This document shows, in pieces, positions 9,251 to 19,031 of a stretch of 64,000 bases of DNA. Numbering within the stretch: position 1 is the stretch's first letter; each line of letters begins with the position of its first letter. Under the pieces are notes generated by a model. It was not told the origin of the DNA. It searched no databases and was given only the letters and a program-made list of their open reading frames with translations. Source of the stretch: an uncultured Holophagales bacterium (GTDB lineage Bacteria > Acidobacteriota > Thermoanaerobaculia > Multivoradales > UBA5704). The stretch lies in contig CAWJGT010000013.1 in assembly GCA_963842525.1 (NCBI GenBank), positions 1-64,000 on the forward strand, given 5' to 3'. The position numbers were made by a program, and so were the translations under genes.

Positions 9251-9496
9251 TCACCACCGGAAGACCTCGTCCAGCGAGCGGGCGGTGATCAGGCGCTCTC
9301 CCCATAGGAACAGCCGTTCCGAGGCCGCCAGCTCGATTCGAGTCCGGTCGTGAACACCCAGGGGACCGAACTTCCGTTCCGCCTGTCGGAGCAGCAGCTC
9401 GGCGCCGCCCTGCCTCCGGCCTTCGTCCTGCCACTGCCGGGTCCAATCGAGGACCGTTCCTCCGGTCCGGCTCCAACCGTCGTCTCTCGTGTTCAT
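9251..9496 (-). CDS. Stand-alone DUF4351 / Rpn C-terminal domain protein
   Basis: WTRQWQDEGRRQG..LLLRQAERKFG...WGERLITARSLDEVF; RBS GAGGAGG. Confidence 0.7.
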   Translation of the reverse strand: MNTRDDGWSRTGGTVLDWTRQWQDEGRRQGGAELLLRQAERKFGPLGVHDRTRIELAASERLFLWGERLITARSLDEVFRW

Positions 9497-9513
9497 GGGC
9501 GAGTTCCTCCTCG

Positions 9514-9570
9514 CCCCTATAAAAGACGGAAAACGGACCCCGAATCTTTCATAACAGGACGAACTTTCTT
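9514..9570 (-). promoter_or_regulatory. Conserved ~55-bp promoter-like motif, copy 1 (ECF-sigma-like)
   Basis: Similar to 36951-37008; minus strand GTTATGAAAGA-N-CGTCTTTT upstream of a minus-strand gene. Confidence 0.5.
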
Positions 9571-9812
9571 CACTCGCTGAAGATCTCGGCGAGCGAGCCG
9601 GCCGTCACCAGGCGTTCCCCCCATTCGAGCAACTGCTCCGCATCGGCTAGCCGGATGCGTTCCCGATTGCGCTCGCCAAGCTCGCCGAACTTGCGCTCGA
9701 TCTGCCGCAGGAGTAGCCGGGCCTCGCCTTCCTGGCGACCCTCTTGCCGGCCTTCCCTTCTTCCCTCTTCGAGCCACTGCCGGGTCCATCCCTTCACGGT
9801 GTCTCGCAGCAT
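9570..9812 (-). CDS. Stand-alone DUF4351 / Rpn C-terminal domain protein
   Basis: MLRDTVKGWTRQWLEEGRREGRQEGRQEG..RQIERKFG...; RBS GAGGAG lies inside residual EEIRP codons. Confidence 0.75.
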   Translation of the reverse strand: MLRDTVKGWTRQWLEEGRREGRQEGRQEGEARLLLRQIERKFGELGERNRERIRLADAEQLLEWGERLVTAGSLAEIFSE

Positions 9813-9849
9813 CGGTCTGATCTCCTCAGCTCCCTGGTCGGGTTTGGAG

Positions 9850-10121
9850 GCCCTGAAGGGGCCGGGGCATAAAGCCTGGCGCTTCAGCGCCAGGTTGGCG
9901 CCCCCACAACACCTCAAGCCCCGTAGGGGCGCAGGCATGCTCGCCTTTCAAGCGCCCGCGAGAGAATCCTATCTCGGAATTTCTACCCTGGTCACCGCGC
10001 TGCCGTAGCGCGGTGGCAGTTGTAAGAGAGAATGCCTGCGCCCCTTCGGGGCTTCCATGGGAATATAGCCCCTTGACCTGGCGCTGAAGCGCCAGGCTTT
10101 ATGCCCGAGCCCTTTCAGGGC
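9850..10121. repeat. REPIN/MITE-like long inverted-repeat element
   Basis: ~45-bp terminal inverted repeats (GCCCTGAAGGGG..CATAAAGCCTGGCGCTTCAGCGCCAGG) plus an inner pair at 9916-9938 / 10032-10054. Confidence 0.75.
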
Positions 10122-10123
10122 TG

Positions 10124-11278
10124 TCACCCTCCCGCGGGGAGCGCGGCGGGCGGCAGGGAGACCTCCCGGCGGACGGGCACGGCGAGGGGGCGGCTGGTGC
10201 GGACCACCAGGGCGATGGCCTCCAGCGGGCGGAGGGACGGGTGACGCCGTACAGTCAGGGCGATGGTCCGGATGCCGCGGCGCAGGTCGCCCTCGGTGAT
10301 CTCGTAGATCTGGTCGAAGTCCTCGAGACCGGTCATGTAGATGCGGTTGGCGATCAGGCGGGCGTTGTTCAGCGGGCGGCGGCCGAGCCTCGCTCCCGAG
10401 TAGACCCGCAGCCGCGCGTGGAGCGGGCCAGCCAGGAAGGCGCGGGCCCGCGCGAAGACCTGCTCCCGGCGGGACAGCACGGCCCGGCCGGGGAGACGGG
10501 AGGCGTAGAGCGCCCCGAGCTCGCCTTCGAGGCCGGTCCAGAAGCGCCCCAGGAGCTTCTCGTCCTCCCACATGGCGGCGCAGCGCGCGGCGGTCGCGCG
10601 GTCGCCGCGGCCGGCGAAGAAGAGCTCGGCGCCGCGGTAGCCCACGAAGTTGGCGTAGCTCTCGTTGAAGCGCACGTCCCCCGGCACCCACAGCGTGTTG
10701 TGGGCGATCTCGTGGATGACCGTGACCACGAGCTCCGCCGGGTCGCCGTCCAGGGCCGTCGAGAGCAGCGGGTCGTTGAACCAGCCGAGGGTCGAGAACG
10801 CCCCGGCGGGCCGGAGATAGGTGTCGTAGCCGAGCCGTTCCAGGCGCCGTTGCTCGGCCCGCGCCGCCGCCTCGTCGAAGAAGCCCTTGTAGGGGACCGC
10901 GCCCACGACCGGGTAGCGCCAGCGGTAGGGCACCAGACGATCGCGCGGGCTCGCCGAGAGCACGTGGAGCAGCGTGCCGTCCCCAACGTCCGAGAAGGTG
11001 GTGTAGGTCTTTCCCGCGGCGAGGCCCAGCCGCCGGGCGGCGAAGGTCCGCGCTTCGCGGACCAGCTCGAGCTGGGCGCGGAGCTCCGGCGGCGTGCCCG
11101 GGTCCGCGATCATCTCCGCGATGGGACGGCGCCTCCACAGGATCCGCCCCTCTTCCAAGGTGGCGCGCAGGACGAAGCGGACTTCGGCGCTGACCGCGAC
11201 CAGGACCGCGAAGGTGAGGGAGATCAGGGCCAGGGAGCGCAGGGCGTAACGTCTAATACAGCGCAACGGTCGTTCCAT
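10124..11278 (-). CDS. Zn-dependent aminopeptidase (DUF2265-type)
   Basis: VPYKGFF, AFSTLGWFNDP, HEIAH...FNESYA zinc motif, LNNA. Confidence 0.85.
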   Translation of the reverse strand: MERPLRCIRRYALRSLALISLTFAVLVAVSAEVRFVLRATLEEGRILWRRRPIAEMIADPGTPPELRAQLELVREARTFAARRLGLAAGKTYTTFSDVGDGTLLHVLSASPRDRLVPYRWRYPVVGAVPYKGFFDEAAARAEQRRLERLGYDTYLRPAGAFSTLGWFNDPLLSTALDGDPAELVVTVIHEIAHNTLWVPGDVRFNESYANFVGYRGAELFFAGRGDRATAARCAAMWEDEKLLGRFWTGLEGELGALYASRLPGRAVLSRREQVFARARAFLAGPLHARLRVYSGARLGRRPLNNARLIANRIYMTGLEDFDQIYEITEGDLRRGIRTIALTVRRHPSLRPLEAIALVVRTSRPLAVPVRREVSLPPAALPAGG

Positions 11279-12040
11279 CCGCAAGCGACACAGCCGGTTG
11301 AGGGTTCCACCGCCGGACCCCGAAGAGGCGTACCTCCTCGGCCCGGAGGCTCGACAGGCCGCGCAGAGTATGGCGAGACGGGCGGGACGGCTCGCCGGCC
11401 GGATGGTCCAGCGGCCATGCGGACAGGATGCGGTCCCAGACCTCCCGCCGCTTGCCTCTGCGGAAGTGGATGGGATCGATCCCGTACCAGGCAGCCTCCG
11501 GCTCGATCAGGCAGGTGCCACGCACCCGGGCCAAAGCCCGAAGACGACCGTCCAGCTCCCGGGCCCGTGCCATGAGCGTCTGCCACGAGACCCCGCGACC
11601 AGGGAACAAGATTGTTCTTGCAGCATAGTAGCGCAGGCGCGACATGTTCTCAAGGCTGGCGAGCGGGAGAAGGGTGCAGATCGTGTCGGCCCCGAGCTGT
11701 CCCAAGCTCTCGAGGCAGCCTTCGATCCACCGGGCGACGGTCTCGGGTGTCTCGCCGTAGGCGAGGTCGTTGCCCACGTCGGTCAGCAGCGCCACGGTTG
11801 GCAGCGGAGGGCGGCCAGCCAGCGCGGTCCAGAGGCCGCAGGCCGCGATCCCCGGCAGCCGGCGGACGAAGAGATACCGGCTCCATGTTCCGTAGGAGCG
11901 GCCGTGGCCGCACGCGGCGAGCACCTCGACGGGGCCGGCCGCGGCGCGGCGCAGGTGCTCCACAACTGCGGGGAGGGTGACCTGCAGGTTGCTGGCGCCC
12001 AGGAGGACGGCCCGCAGCCGCGGGGCGGCAGGGCTGGCGG
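11253..12040 (-). CDS. SGNH/GDSL-like hypothetical protein (start uncertain; joined to the protease in the ORF track only through a frameshift)
   Basis: AVLLGASN, TDVGNDL, GIDPIH blocks. Confidence 0.65.
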
Positions 12041-13526
12041 TTACCGGCAGGTCCTGGCCTTCTTCGCGCAGCTCCGGGAGCAGCACTGGGCGTTGCTGGT
12101 GCAGGCGGCTCCGGCGGGCGCGCAGGTACCGCCGCTGCAGGTGCTGCTCTCCTTGCCGCCCAGGGAGACGAGCCCGGCGTTGTTCGGGTCGAGCCAGGTC
12201 GAGAGGCCGGCGGACCACGAGGAGGAGAGCTTGCCGAACTCGTCCCAGCCGCCGCTGCAGTCGGCCGTGCCGCCGTGGAGCTGGCCGACGATCTGGTGGC
12301 TCGAGTTGAACAGCGGGCAGCCCGAGGAGCCGCCCTCGGTGGTGCCGGTGTCCCAGCCGAGGATCCGCCAATGGTCGCCGCCCCAGCCGCCGTTGTAGTT
12401 GCCGCCGTCGGCCACCAGGTCGTCTTCGAAGCTGATCTTCTTGATGTCGCCCGCGGGGTGGTGGATGGCGACGCCTTTCGACGGGGCGGACGCGGAGCGG
12501 TTGAAGCCGGCGTAGTAGACGTTGTAGGCGGCGTTGGGCCGGGCGTTGAGCTCGAGCAGGGTGAAGTCCGAGCCTGCGTTGGTGGCGCGCAGGGCAGAGC
12601 CGCTGGAGGTCTGGTTGAGCGGCCCGGTGCTGCCGGCGCAGGTGGAGCTTCTCGTAATTCCAATAGAAGGTCAGGGCGGCCGCGGTCTTGCTGCGGCTCA
12701 CACAGTGGGCGGCGGTCAGGAAGTAGGGCTTGCAATCCTGCCGGCCGTTGTTGATCAGGCTCCCGGTGCACAGGAACCGGCCGTCGTAGGTCCGGGCGAC
12801 CGCCCGTTTGTCGGCCTGCCAGGCGCTGCCGTCGGAGCAGTTGACGTTCACCTCGCAGGCGCCCGAGGCCTTGATCGACACGCCGCTGCGGAAGGCCTCC
12901 AAGGCGGTCCGCAGGCCGTCGCGGAACGGCACCCGCTCGAAGTCGTTGAAGTCGCGGTAGCCGTGCGAGACCGAGCGGACGACGAAGGCCGGCTCCCAGG
13001 GAGCCCGGACCGGGGTGTAGAGCTCGATCACGGCCGAGTCGCCGGGCAGGGCCGGGCTGCCGAAGACACGCTCGGGGTTGTTGATCCGGTCGGTGTACGG
13101 CCCTTCCTGCCATTCGCGGTCGACCGAGTAGAAGCGCAGCTCGGCGCCGGGCGGCAGCGCGACGTCCTCGAGGAGGAAGCTCAGGAAGACGGCGCCGTGG
13201 GAGGTGACACGCAGCCGCCACAGGGTCCCGCCGTCGGGCAGGGCCTCCCGGGTACCGTCCTCGGCCGGGGAGAGGCTCACCGCCACCGGCTCGGCCACCC
13301 GGTACGGGACGCGCTGAGGACCGATCTCCCGCGCGTTCAGGTCGTCCTCGAACCGCAGGGAGTCGACGTCGACGAAGCGCAGGAACCGCTGGTCGATCGC
13401 GTCGTCGGAAAGGACGTCGTGCGAAAAGCTGAGGGGGCGCGGGACCGGCGCGGCCTCCAGGCTCAGGGGCAGGGCTGCGAGGGAGAGGGCCGCCAGCACG
13501 AGCCGGACCCACAGGCGAGGTTCCAT
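12041..13526 (-). CDS. Secreted lysyl-endopeptidase-like S1 serine protease with Cys-rich tail (frameshift near 12645)
   Basis: Signal peptide, CEVNVNC, CTGSLINN, LTAAHC, TEGGSSG, VGQLHGG; the two halves are in different frames. Confidence 0.85.
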
Positions 13527-13779
13527 CAGCTTCGTCCTCCATACTCCACTACATCGCGAACGGGAAAAGTGTCGCACAGACGGGCCGCGTCGCACCAGGG
13601 GGTATTTTGGGCTCATCCTGGTCTCATCCGGGACTCCGAGCCGCACCTTTAACTGTGGCGCCCGGACGAAGGGCGCACATTTGCGGGCTCGCGGCACTTA
13701 TAGTCCGCGTCAGCCCCACTCCCAGAAGAGGCGGGGGCACGGCCCGAACCCATGAGTCGTTCTTGAGAGGAGAGCTTTC

Positions 13780-14283
13780 ATGAGCAACGCAGATTCCACG
13801 ACGCTGCTGGCGAAATATGCCAAGAGCATCGACCACATCGCCATCGCGGTGCACGACCTCGAACAGTCGATCGATTTCTACAGCAAGGTCCTCGGCTTCC
13901 AGCTCCACGAGCGCCGCCGGACCGAAGGGAAGGTCACCGCCATGGTCTCGGCCGTCATGAAGGCCGGGCCCGTCACCGTGGTCCTGCTCCAGGGCACGTC
14001 GCCCGAATCGCAGGTCTCCAAGTTCGTCGAGCACTACGGCGCCGGCGTCCAGCACATCGCGTTCGGCATCGAGGACCTGCCCGCCATGGTCGACGACCTC
14101 CGGGCCTCCGGCCTCGAGTTCGACACCAACATCATCAGCAGCCCCGGCCTGCGGCAGATCTTCACCCATCGCGACCAGGGCTCGGGCATGATGTACGAGT
14201 TCATCGAGCGGCTGGGCGGCGACTTCTCGGACGAGAGCGTCAAGAACCTCTTCGAGCAGCTCGAGGCGAAGGACTCCTACTGA
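13780..14283 (+). CDS. Single-domain VOC metalloenzyme resembling the catalytic domain of HPPD/hydroxymandelate synthase
   Basis: IDHIAI, SQVSKFVEHYGAGVQHIAF, LRQIFT, YEFIER, FSDESVKNLF (His/His/Glu triad). Confidence 0.75.
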   Translation: MSNADSTTLLAKYAKSIDHIAIAVHDLEQSIDFYSKVLGFQLHERRRTEGKVTAMVSAVMKAGPVTVVLLQGTSPESQVSKFVEHYGAGVQHIAFGIEDLPAMVDDLRASGLEFDTNIISSPGLRQIFTHRDQGSGMMYEFIERLGGDFSDESVKNLFEQLEAKDSY

Positions 14284-14287
14284 ATTC

Positions 14288-15598
14288 ATGAACGTCGAGC
14301 TCAAGAGCTGCTTCGGCGAGCCTCTGCTCGCGGTGATGAACTTCTTGAACGAGGTGGTGCTGCGCTACCCCGGGGCGGTCTCCTTCGCCCCGGGGCGGCC
14401 GGCGGAGCGCCATTTCGACGTCGAGCACAGCCTGGCCAAGACCCCGGCCTTCGTCGCCTGGCGCGCGAAGGACACCGGCTGGCCTCCTCTGGCGGTGTGG
14501 AACGACCTCGGGCAGTACAACAAGACCAACGGCATCATCAACGAGCTGATCTCCCGGCAGCTCGAGCTCGACGAGGGTATCCACGCTCGTCCCGACTCCA
14601 TCGTCGTCACCCACGGCTGCCAGGAAGCGATGGTCGTCCTGCTGCTCGGGCTGTTCGAGACGGGTGACGTCCTGCTGGCGAGCGATCCGACCTACATCGG
14701 CATCACCGGCCTGGCGGCGATCGCCGGCATCCCCGTGGTCCCGGTCCCCACCGGGGAGGAGGGGCTCGACCCGCGGACGGTCGCCGCGGCCATCGACGAG
14801 GTGCGCCGCTCGGGGCGCCGGCCGCGGGCGCTCTACGACATCCCCGATTTCAACAACCCGCTCGGCACGCAGATGCCGCTCGCGGCCCGCCGCACCCTTC
14901 TCGCGGTCCTCCGCGACCGCGGCGTCCTTCTGTTCGAGGACAATCCCTACGGCATGTTCTCCTACGACGTCGACCCGCTGCCTACGCTCAAGTCGCTGGA
15001 CGAGCACGGCGTGGTCGTCTACCTGGGCAGTTTCTCGAAGACCCTCTATCCGGGCCTGCGGGCCGGCTATCTCGTGGCCGGCCAGGAGGTCGTCTCCGCC
15101 TCGGGCGCGCGGACGTCGCTCGCCGCCGAGCTGTCCAAGGTCAAGAGCCTGACCACGGTCACCACCTCGCCGGTGGTCCAGGCCGTGGTCGGCGCCCTGC
15201 TGCTGGAGAACGGGGGCTCGCTGCGCGGCCTGGTACGGACCAAGATCCCCTTCTACCGCGCCAACCGGGACCGCATGCTCGCCTGCCTGGAGGAGCACCT
15301 CGGCGGCCTCGACGGGGTGCGCTGGAACCGCCCCGCCGGCGGCTTCTTCCTCACCGTCGACCTGCCGTTCGCCTTCGACGAGGAGTGCCTCCAGGCCTGC
15401 GCCCGCGACTACGGCGTGATCGTCTGCCCGATGACCTTTTTCGCGCTCGCCGCTGGCCGGGAGCGGCAGGTCCGGCTCTCGTTCAGCTACGTCACCGGCG
15501 AGCAGATCGAGGACGGTATCCAGCGCTTCGCGCGCTTCGTCCAGGGCATGGCGATGAGGCCGGTGGAGCCGATGGAGCCGATGGAGAACACCGCGTGA
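14288..15598 (+). CDS. PLP-dependent aminotransferase, HpgT/phenylglycine transaminase-like
   Basis: MNFLNEV..RYPGAVSFAPGRP N-terminus, PDFNNPLG, EDNPYG, GSFSKT..PGLRAG. Confidence 0.85.
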   Translation: MNVELKSCFGEPLLAVMNFLNEVVLRYPGAVSFAPGRPAERHFDVEHSLAKTPAFVAWRAKDTGWPPLAVWNDLGQYNKTNGIINELISRQLELDEGIHARPDSIVVTHGCQEAMVVLLLGLFETGDVLLASDPTYIGITGLAAIAGIPVVPVPTGEEGLDPRTVAAAIDEVRRSGRRPRALYDIPDFNNPLGTQMPLAARRTLLAVLRDRGVLLFEDNPYGMFSYDVDPLPTLKSLDEHGVVVYLGSFSKTLYPGLRAGYLVAGQEVVSASGARTSLAAELSKVKSLTTVTTSPVVQAVVGALLLENGGSLRGLVRTKIPFYRANRDRMLACLEEHLGGLDGVRWNRPAGGFFLTVDLPFAFDEECLQACARDYGVIVCPMTFFALAAGRERQVRLSFSYVTGEQIEDGIQRFARFVQGMAMRPVEPMEPMENTA

Positions 15599-16678
15599 AG
15601 ACCGTTCCTGCCGCCGTCCTGGACCGCGTCATGCGCGCGGCCCTGCTCCGGCGCGGGCTCTCGGAGGAGCATGCCGGCTGGGTGGTGGACGGCCTGCTGG
15701 AGACCTCGCTCGCGCGGCATCGACACCCATGGGGTCCGGCTGTTCCCGACCTATCTCGCCGAGCTCGACGGCGGCCGGGCGCGCGCCCGGCCGGAGCTCG
15801 CCTTCCTGGCGTCCGCGACCGGGGAGCGACGGGCCGCGCGCCTGCTCGACGCCGGGCATGCCCTGGGCCTGGTGGCGGGCCGCGCCGCCTGCGCCGAGGC
15901 GGTCCGGCTGGCGCGGGAGAATGGGGTGGGCGCCGTGTCCGTGCGGTGCTCGAACCACTTCGGCGCCGCGTCCGTCTACACGCTCGAGATGGCCCGCCAG
16001 GGCGCCGTCGGGCTCGCCTTCACCAACAGCGACGCCCTGGTCGCCCCGTTCCACGGCCTGCGCCCGTTCTTCGGGACCAATCCGGTCTCGATCGCCGTGC
16101 GCGGAGAGGGGGACGACCTCTTCTGCGCCGACTTCGCCACCAGCCAGGTCTCTTATTCAAAGGTGAAGCACCACCAATCGTCCGGGATCCCCCTGGAGCC
16201 CGGCTGGGCGCTCACCGGCGCGGGCGAGGACGCGGCCGGCGGCGGTCCTTCCGAGAGTGCCGAGATCGCGGCCCTCCAGCCGCTCGGCGCCGGGAGCGGG
16301 CACAAGGGGCACTGCCTGGGGATGGCGGTCGAGATCCTCTGCGCCCTGCTCGCCGGCATGCCGCTCGACCATGAGCTGTCGCACCTCTACGCCGAGCCGT
16401 TCGACGAGCCGCGGCAGGTGGCCCACCTCTTCCTGGCTCTGGACGTGGCGGCCTTCCAGGACCCCGCGGTCTTTTGCTCCGGTCTGAGCCGTCTCACTGC
16501 CCTCGTGCGCCAGCAGCCGGCCGTGGAGGGCGAGCGGGTTTTTGTGCCGGGAGACCCCGAGAGCGCGACGGCCGCCGAGCGGCGAGTCCACGGGATTCCC
16601 CTGGAGGACCAGGAAGCCGCAGAATTTGACAGAATCGATCGAGAGACCGGGGCCTTCCTCGCGACCGCCCCTCTCTGA
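15595..16678 (+). CDS. Ldh_2 (type 2 malate/lactate dehydrogenase) oxidoreductase (frameshift near 15712)
   Basis: RGIDTHG, SNHFGA, GTNP, DFATS, GHKG, PGDPE; GTG start overlaps the upstream TGA. Confidence 0.85.
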
Positions 16679-16695
16679 GAACGGAGGCGAAGACC

Positions 16696-17745
16696 ATGAC
16701 TACCGAGACCGAGCGCCCCACTCTGAAAAAACTGGGCATTCCGGCGCGCCGGGCCGTCAGCCTGTCGCAGGAGGACCTCACCCGTCAGGAGCCGATGAAC
16801 GAAACCGGGCTGCCCCTGGTGATCCAGCCCGGATTGCCGGGCGTGAGCCTGGAGAGCTGGGCCGAGAACAACCGGGAACGGCTCACGCGCGAGCTCGAAA
16901 AGCACGGCGGCATCCTCTTCCGCGGCTTCGACGTTCCCCGGGTGGAGGAGTTCGAGCACGTCGTGCGGGCGATCTCCGGCGAGCTGCTGGAGTACAAGGA
17001 GCGCTCCTCGCCGCGCCACGCGGTGAGCGGCCGGATCTACACCTCGACCGACTATCCGCCGGACCAGCCGATCTTCCTGCACAACGAGAACTCCTACCAG
17101 GCGGCCTGGCCGCGGCGGATCTTCTTCTACTGCGCCAAGGCGGCCCAGGAAGGCGGAGCGACCCCCATCGCGGACGTCCGCAAGATTTATCAGCGGGTCG
17201 ACTCCGAGGTCCGCGACCGCTTCGTCGCGAAGAAGTGGATGGTCGTCCGCAACTACGGCAGCGGCTTCGGTCTCCCCTGGCGCGAGGTCTTCCAGACCGA
17301 CGACAAGGCCCAGGTCGAGGCGCATTGCCGCAGGAGCGGCATCGACTTCGAATGGAAGCCGGGCGACCAGCTCCGCACCCGCGCCGTCCGCAACGCGGTC
17401 GCTCAGCACCCGCAGACGCAGGAGATGTGCTGGTTCAACCATGCCACCTTCTTCCACGTCAGCACGCTGACGCCGGCGATCCGCGAGGCCCTGCTGGAAG
17501 AGTTCGGGGAAGAGGACCTGCCGGCCAACACCTACTACGGCGACGGCACGCCGATCGAGCCGGAGGTGCTCGACCACCTGCGCGCCTGCTACCACGCCGA
17601 GACCATCAGCTTCCCCTGGCAGGAGGGCGACCTCCTGATGCTGGACAACATGATGGTCGCCCACGGCCGCGCCCCCTTCAAGGGCGAGCGCAAGGTGCTG
17701 GTCGGCATGTCGCACCCGACGAGCTGGGCGGACGTGCCGGAGTAG
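16696..17745 (+). CDS. TauD/TfdA Fe(II)/2-oxoglutarate dioxygenase, SyrP-like
   Basis: IYTSTDYP, HNENSY (HxE), GGATPIAD, WFNH, DNMMVAHGR. Confidence 0.88.
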   Translation: MTTETERPTLKKLGIPARRAVSLSQEDLTRQEPMNETGLPLVIQPGLPGVSLESWAENNRERLTRELEKHGGILFRGFDVPRVEEFEHVVRAISGELLEYKERSSPRHAVSGRIYTSTDYPPDQPIFLHNENSYQAAWPRRIFFYCAKAAQEGGATPIADVRKIYQRVDSEVRDRFVAKKWMVVRNYGSGFGLPWREVFQTDDKAQVEAHCRRSGIDFEWKPGDQLRTRAVRNAVAQHPQTQEMCWFNHATFFHVSTLTPAIREALLEEFGEEDLPANTYYGDGTPIEPEVLDHLRACYHAETISFPWQEGDLLMLDNMMVAHGRAPFKGERKVLVGMSHPTSWADVPE

Positions 17746-17868
17746 GCGGAGACCCCCTCTCCCTCGGCACGGCGGAGAGGGGCCGCCGTCAATAACCGCT
17801 GGTACATGTCCACCCCGACATGGCCCTGCTTCAGAACCTCGCCTGTGGCCTTCATCAGCCCAGGGTCT

Positions 17869-18396
17869 TCAAGGCCGGACCGGAGCGTCGTTCGGAAGCA
17901 CGAGGAGAGCGGGAGGGTTACCCTCCTGGATCTTCCAGGTGCAGTTCTTGATGCGGCAAATCTCCCCCATGACATCCCGCAACTCGCTGTTGTCGACCTG
18001 TAGATGGATTGTACCCTTCACATCCCGGTGCAGGGCCGGTCTGACCCCCACCTGATTGGCGAAGCTCATCAGAACCTCTCTCAGGTCCGCGCCCTGGCTC
18101 AGGTCCTCGCCATGGGCACGTATGGTCACCTTGCGCCTCGCTATTTCGTCAGAGACCGGGAGGTCTACCTGGGGAGTGAAAAAATGGACCGCAAAACCAA
18201 GCACCATTGCAACTAGTGCTAAAACAAATAGATAGTTGATGATGCGAAGGAGAACATCACGATTGTGCTCTCTTGCAAGCTTGGGGAAGATGCCGAGCTT
18301 CAAGATCCGCCGGAACAGAAAGAACAGCACTGCAAGGGCAAGGCCGGCCAAGCCGAGCGGTTTGGAGATATTGGTGAACTGGGGGAGTATTTCCAT
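17869..18396 (-). CDS. Membrane protein with C-terminal STN/secretin-N0-like domain
   Basis: Two TM helices, then ADLREVLMSFANQVG...VKGTIHLQV...EICRIKNCTW. Confidence 0.6.
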   Translation of the reverse strand: MEILPQFTNISKPLGLAGLALAVLFFLFRRILKLGIFPKLAREHNRDVLLRIINYLFVLALVAMVLGFAVHFFTPQVDLPVSDEIARRKVTIRAHGEDLSQGADLREVLMSFANQVGVRPALHRDVKGTIHLQVDNSELRDVMGEICRIKNCTWKIQEGNPPALLVLPNDAPVRP

Positions 18397-18488
18397 AGCT
18401 TTTTCCTTACAGCTTGAAGGACGCCGTTGCGGATCAATGCGAGCCGTCCATCTCGGCTTCAGACCTTCTCAAGTGAATCGGATAGGGG

Positions 18489-18512
18489 GTTAGACTGCGT
18501 CTAAAGTCTAAC
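18489..18512. promoter_or_regulatory. 8-8-8 dyad GTTAGACT-GCGTCTAA-AGTCTAAC
   Basis: Exact 8-bp inverted repeat with 8-bp spacer, ~95 bp upstream of the 18396 start. Confidence 0.4.
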
Positions 18513-18590
18513 ACACGGACGAAAGAAGCAACCGGGCCACTCCGCTGCCGAGGAGCGGCCCGGGTCTGTGGAGGGAGTCGAAGCCGCGGC

Positions 18591-18995
18591 TCAGAGCCGG
18601 CTCACGACGAGGCTGGGGGTGGGCTTATCCAGGATAAGCCACTGACATTCCAAGGCGGTGCAGAGGTTCTCCATGACCTCGTCGAGATCCGACTCTCTTG
18701 CTTCGATCGACATCCTGCCCTGGAAGTCGCCCTCAAGCACTAGGCGGGCACCGATTTGGTCGGCGAAAGAGTGGAGGATCTCCTCGACCCTCCGATCCCG
18801 GGCGCTGATCGTGACCTGCCGGGGCACGGCTTCGGCTTGGAAGGCCGGCGGTGGAGCTGGGCTCTCCCTCGGAGTGGTCATCCATAGCGAGCCGAGCGGT
18901 ACCAGCAGTAAAGCCGCAAAGGACAGGTAGAAGCGGAACGGCGAGGGATTCCGAAGACCGAACATCAGCAGTCTGGCCTTCTTGAGCAGCATCAT
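18591..18995 (-). CDS. Membrane-anchored STN/secretin-N0-like domain protein
   Basis: TM helix, Pro linker, VEEILHSFADQIG...FQGRMSI...NLCTALECQW; paralogous to the 17869 ORF; start approximate. Confidence 0.6.
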   Translation of the reverse strand: MMLLKKARLLMFGLRNPSPFRFYLSFAALLLVPLGSLWMTTPRESPAPPPAFQAEAVPRQVTISARDRRVEEILHSFADQIGARLVLEGDFQGRMSIEARESDLDEVMENLCTALECQWLILDKPTPSLVVSRL

Positions 18996-19031
18996 CGAAT
19001 CCTCCCTGCAAGGCTTTGTCACGTCAGGGGT

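Noticed and set aside
11253-13697. 814-aa protease-SGNH fusion in the ORF track
   Set aside because: Artefact of the frameshift near 12645; the catalytic Ser region of the protease is in another frame ending at 12041.
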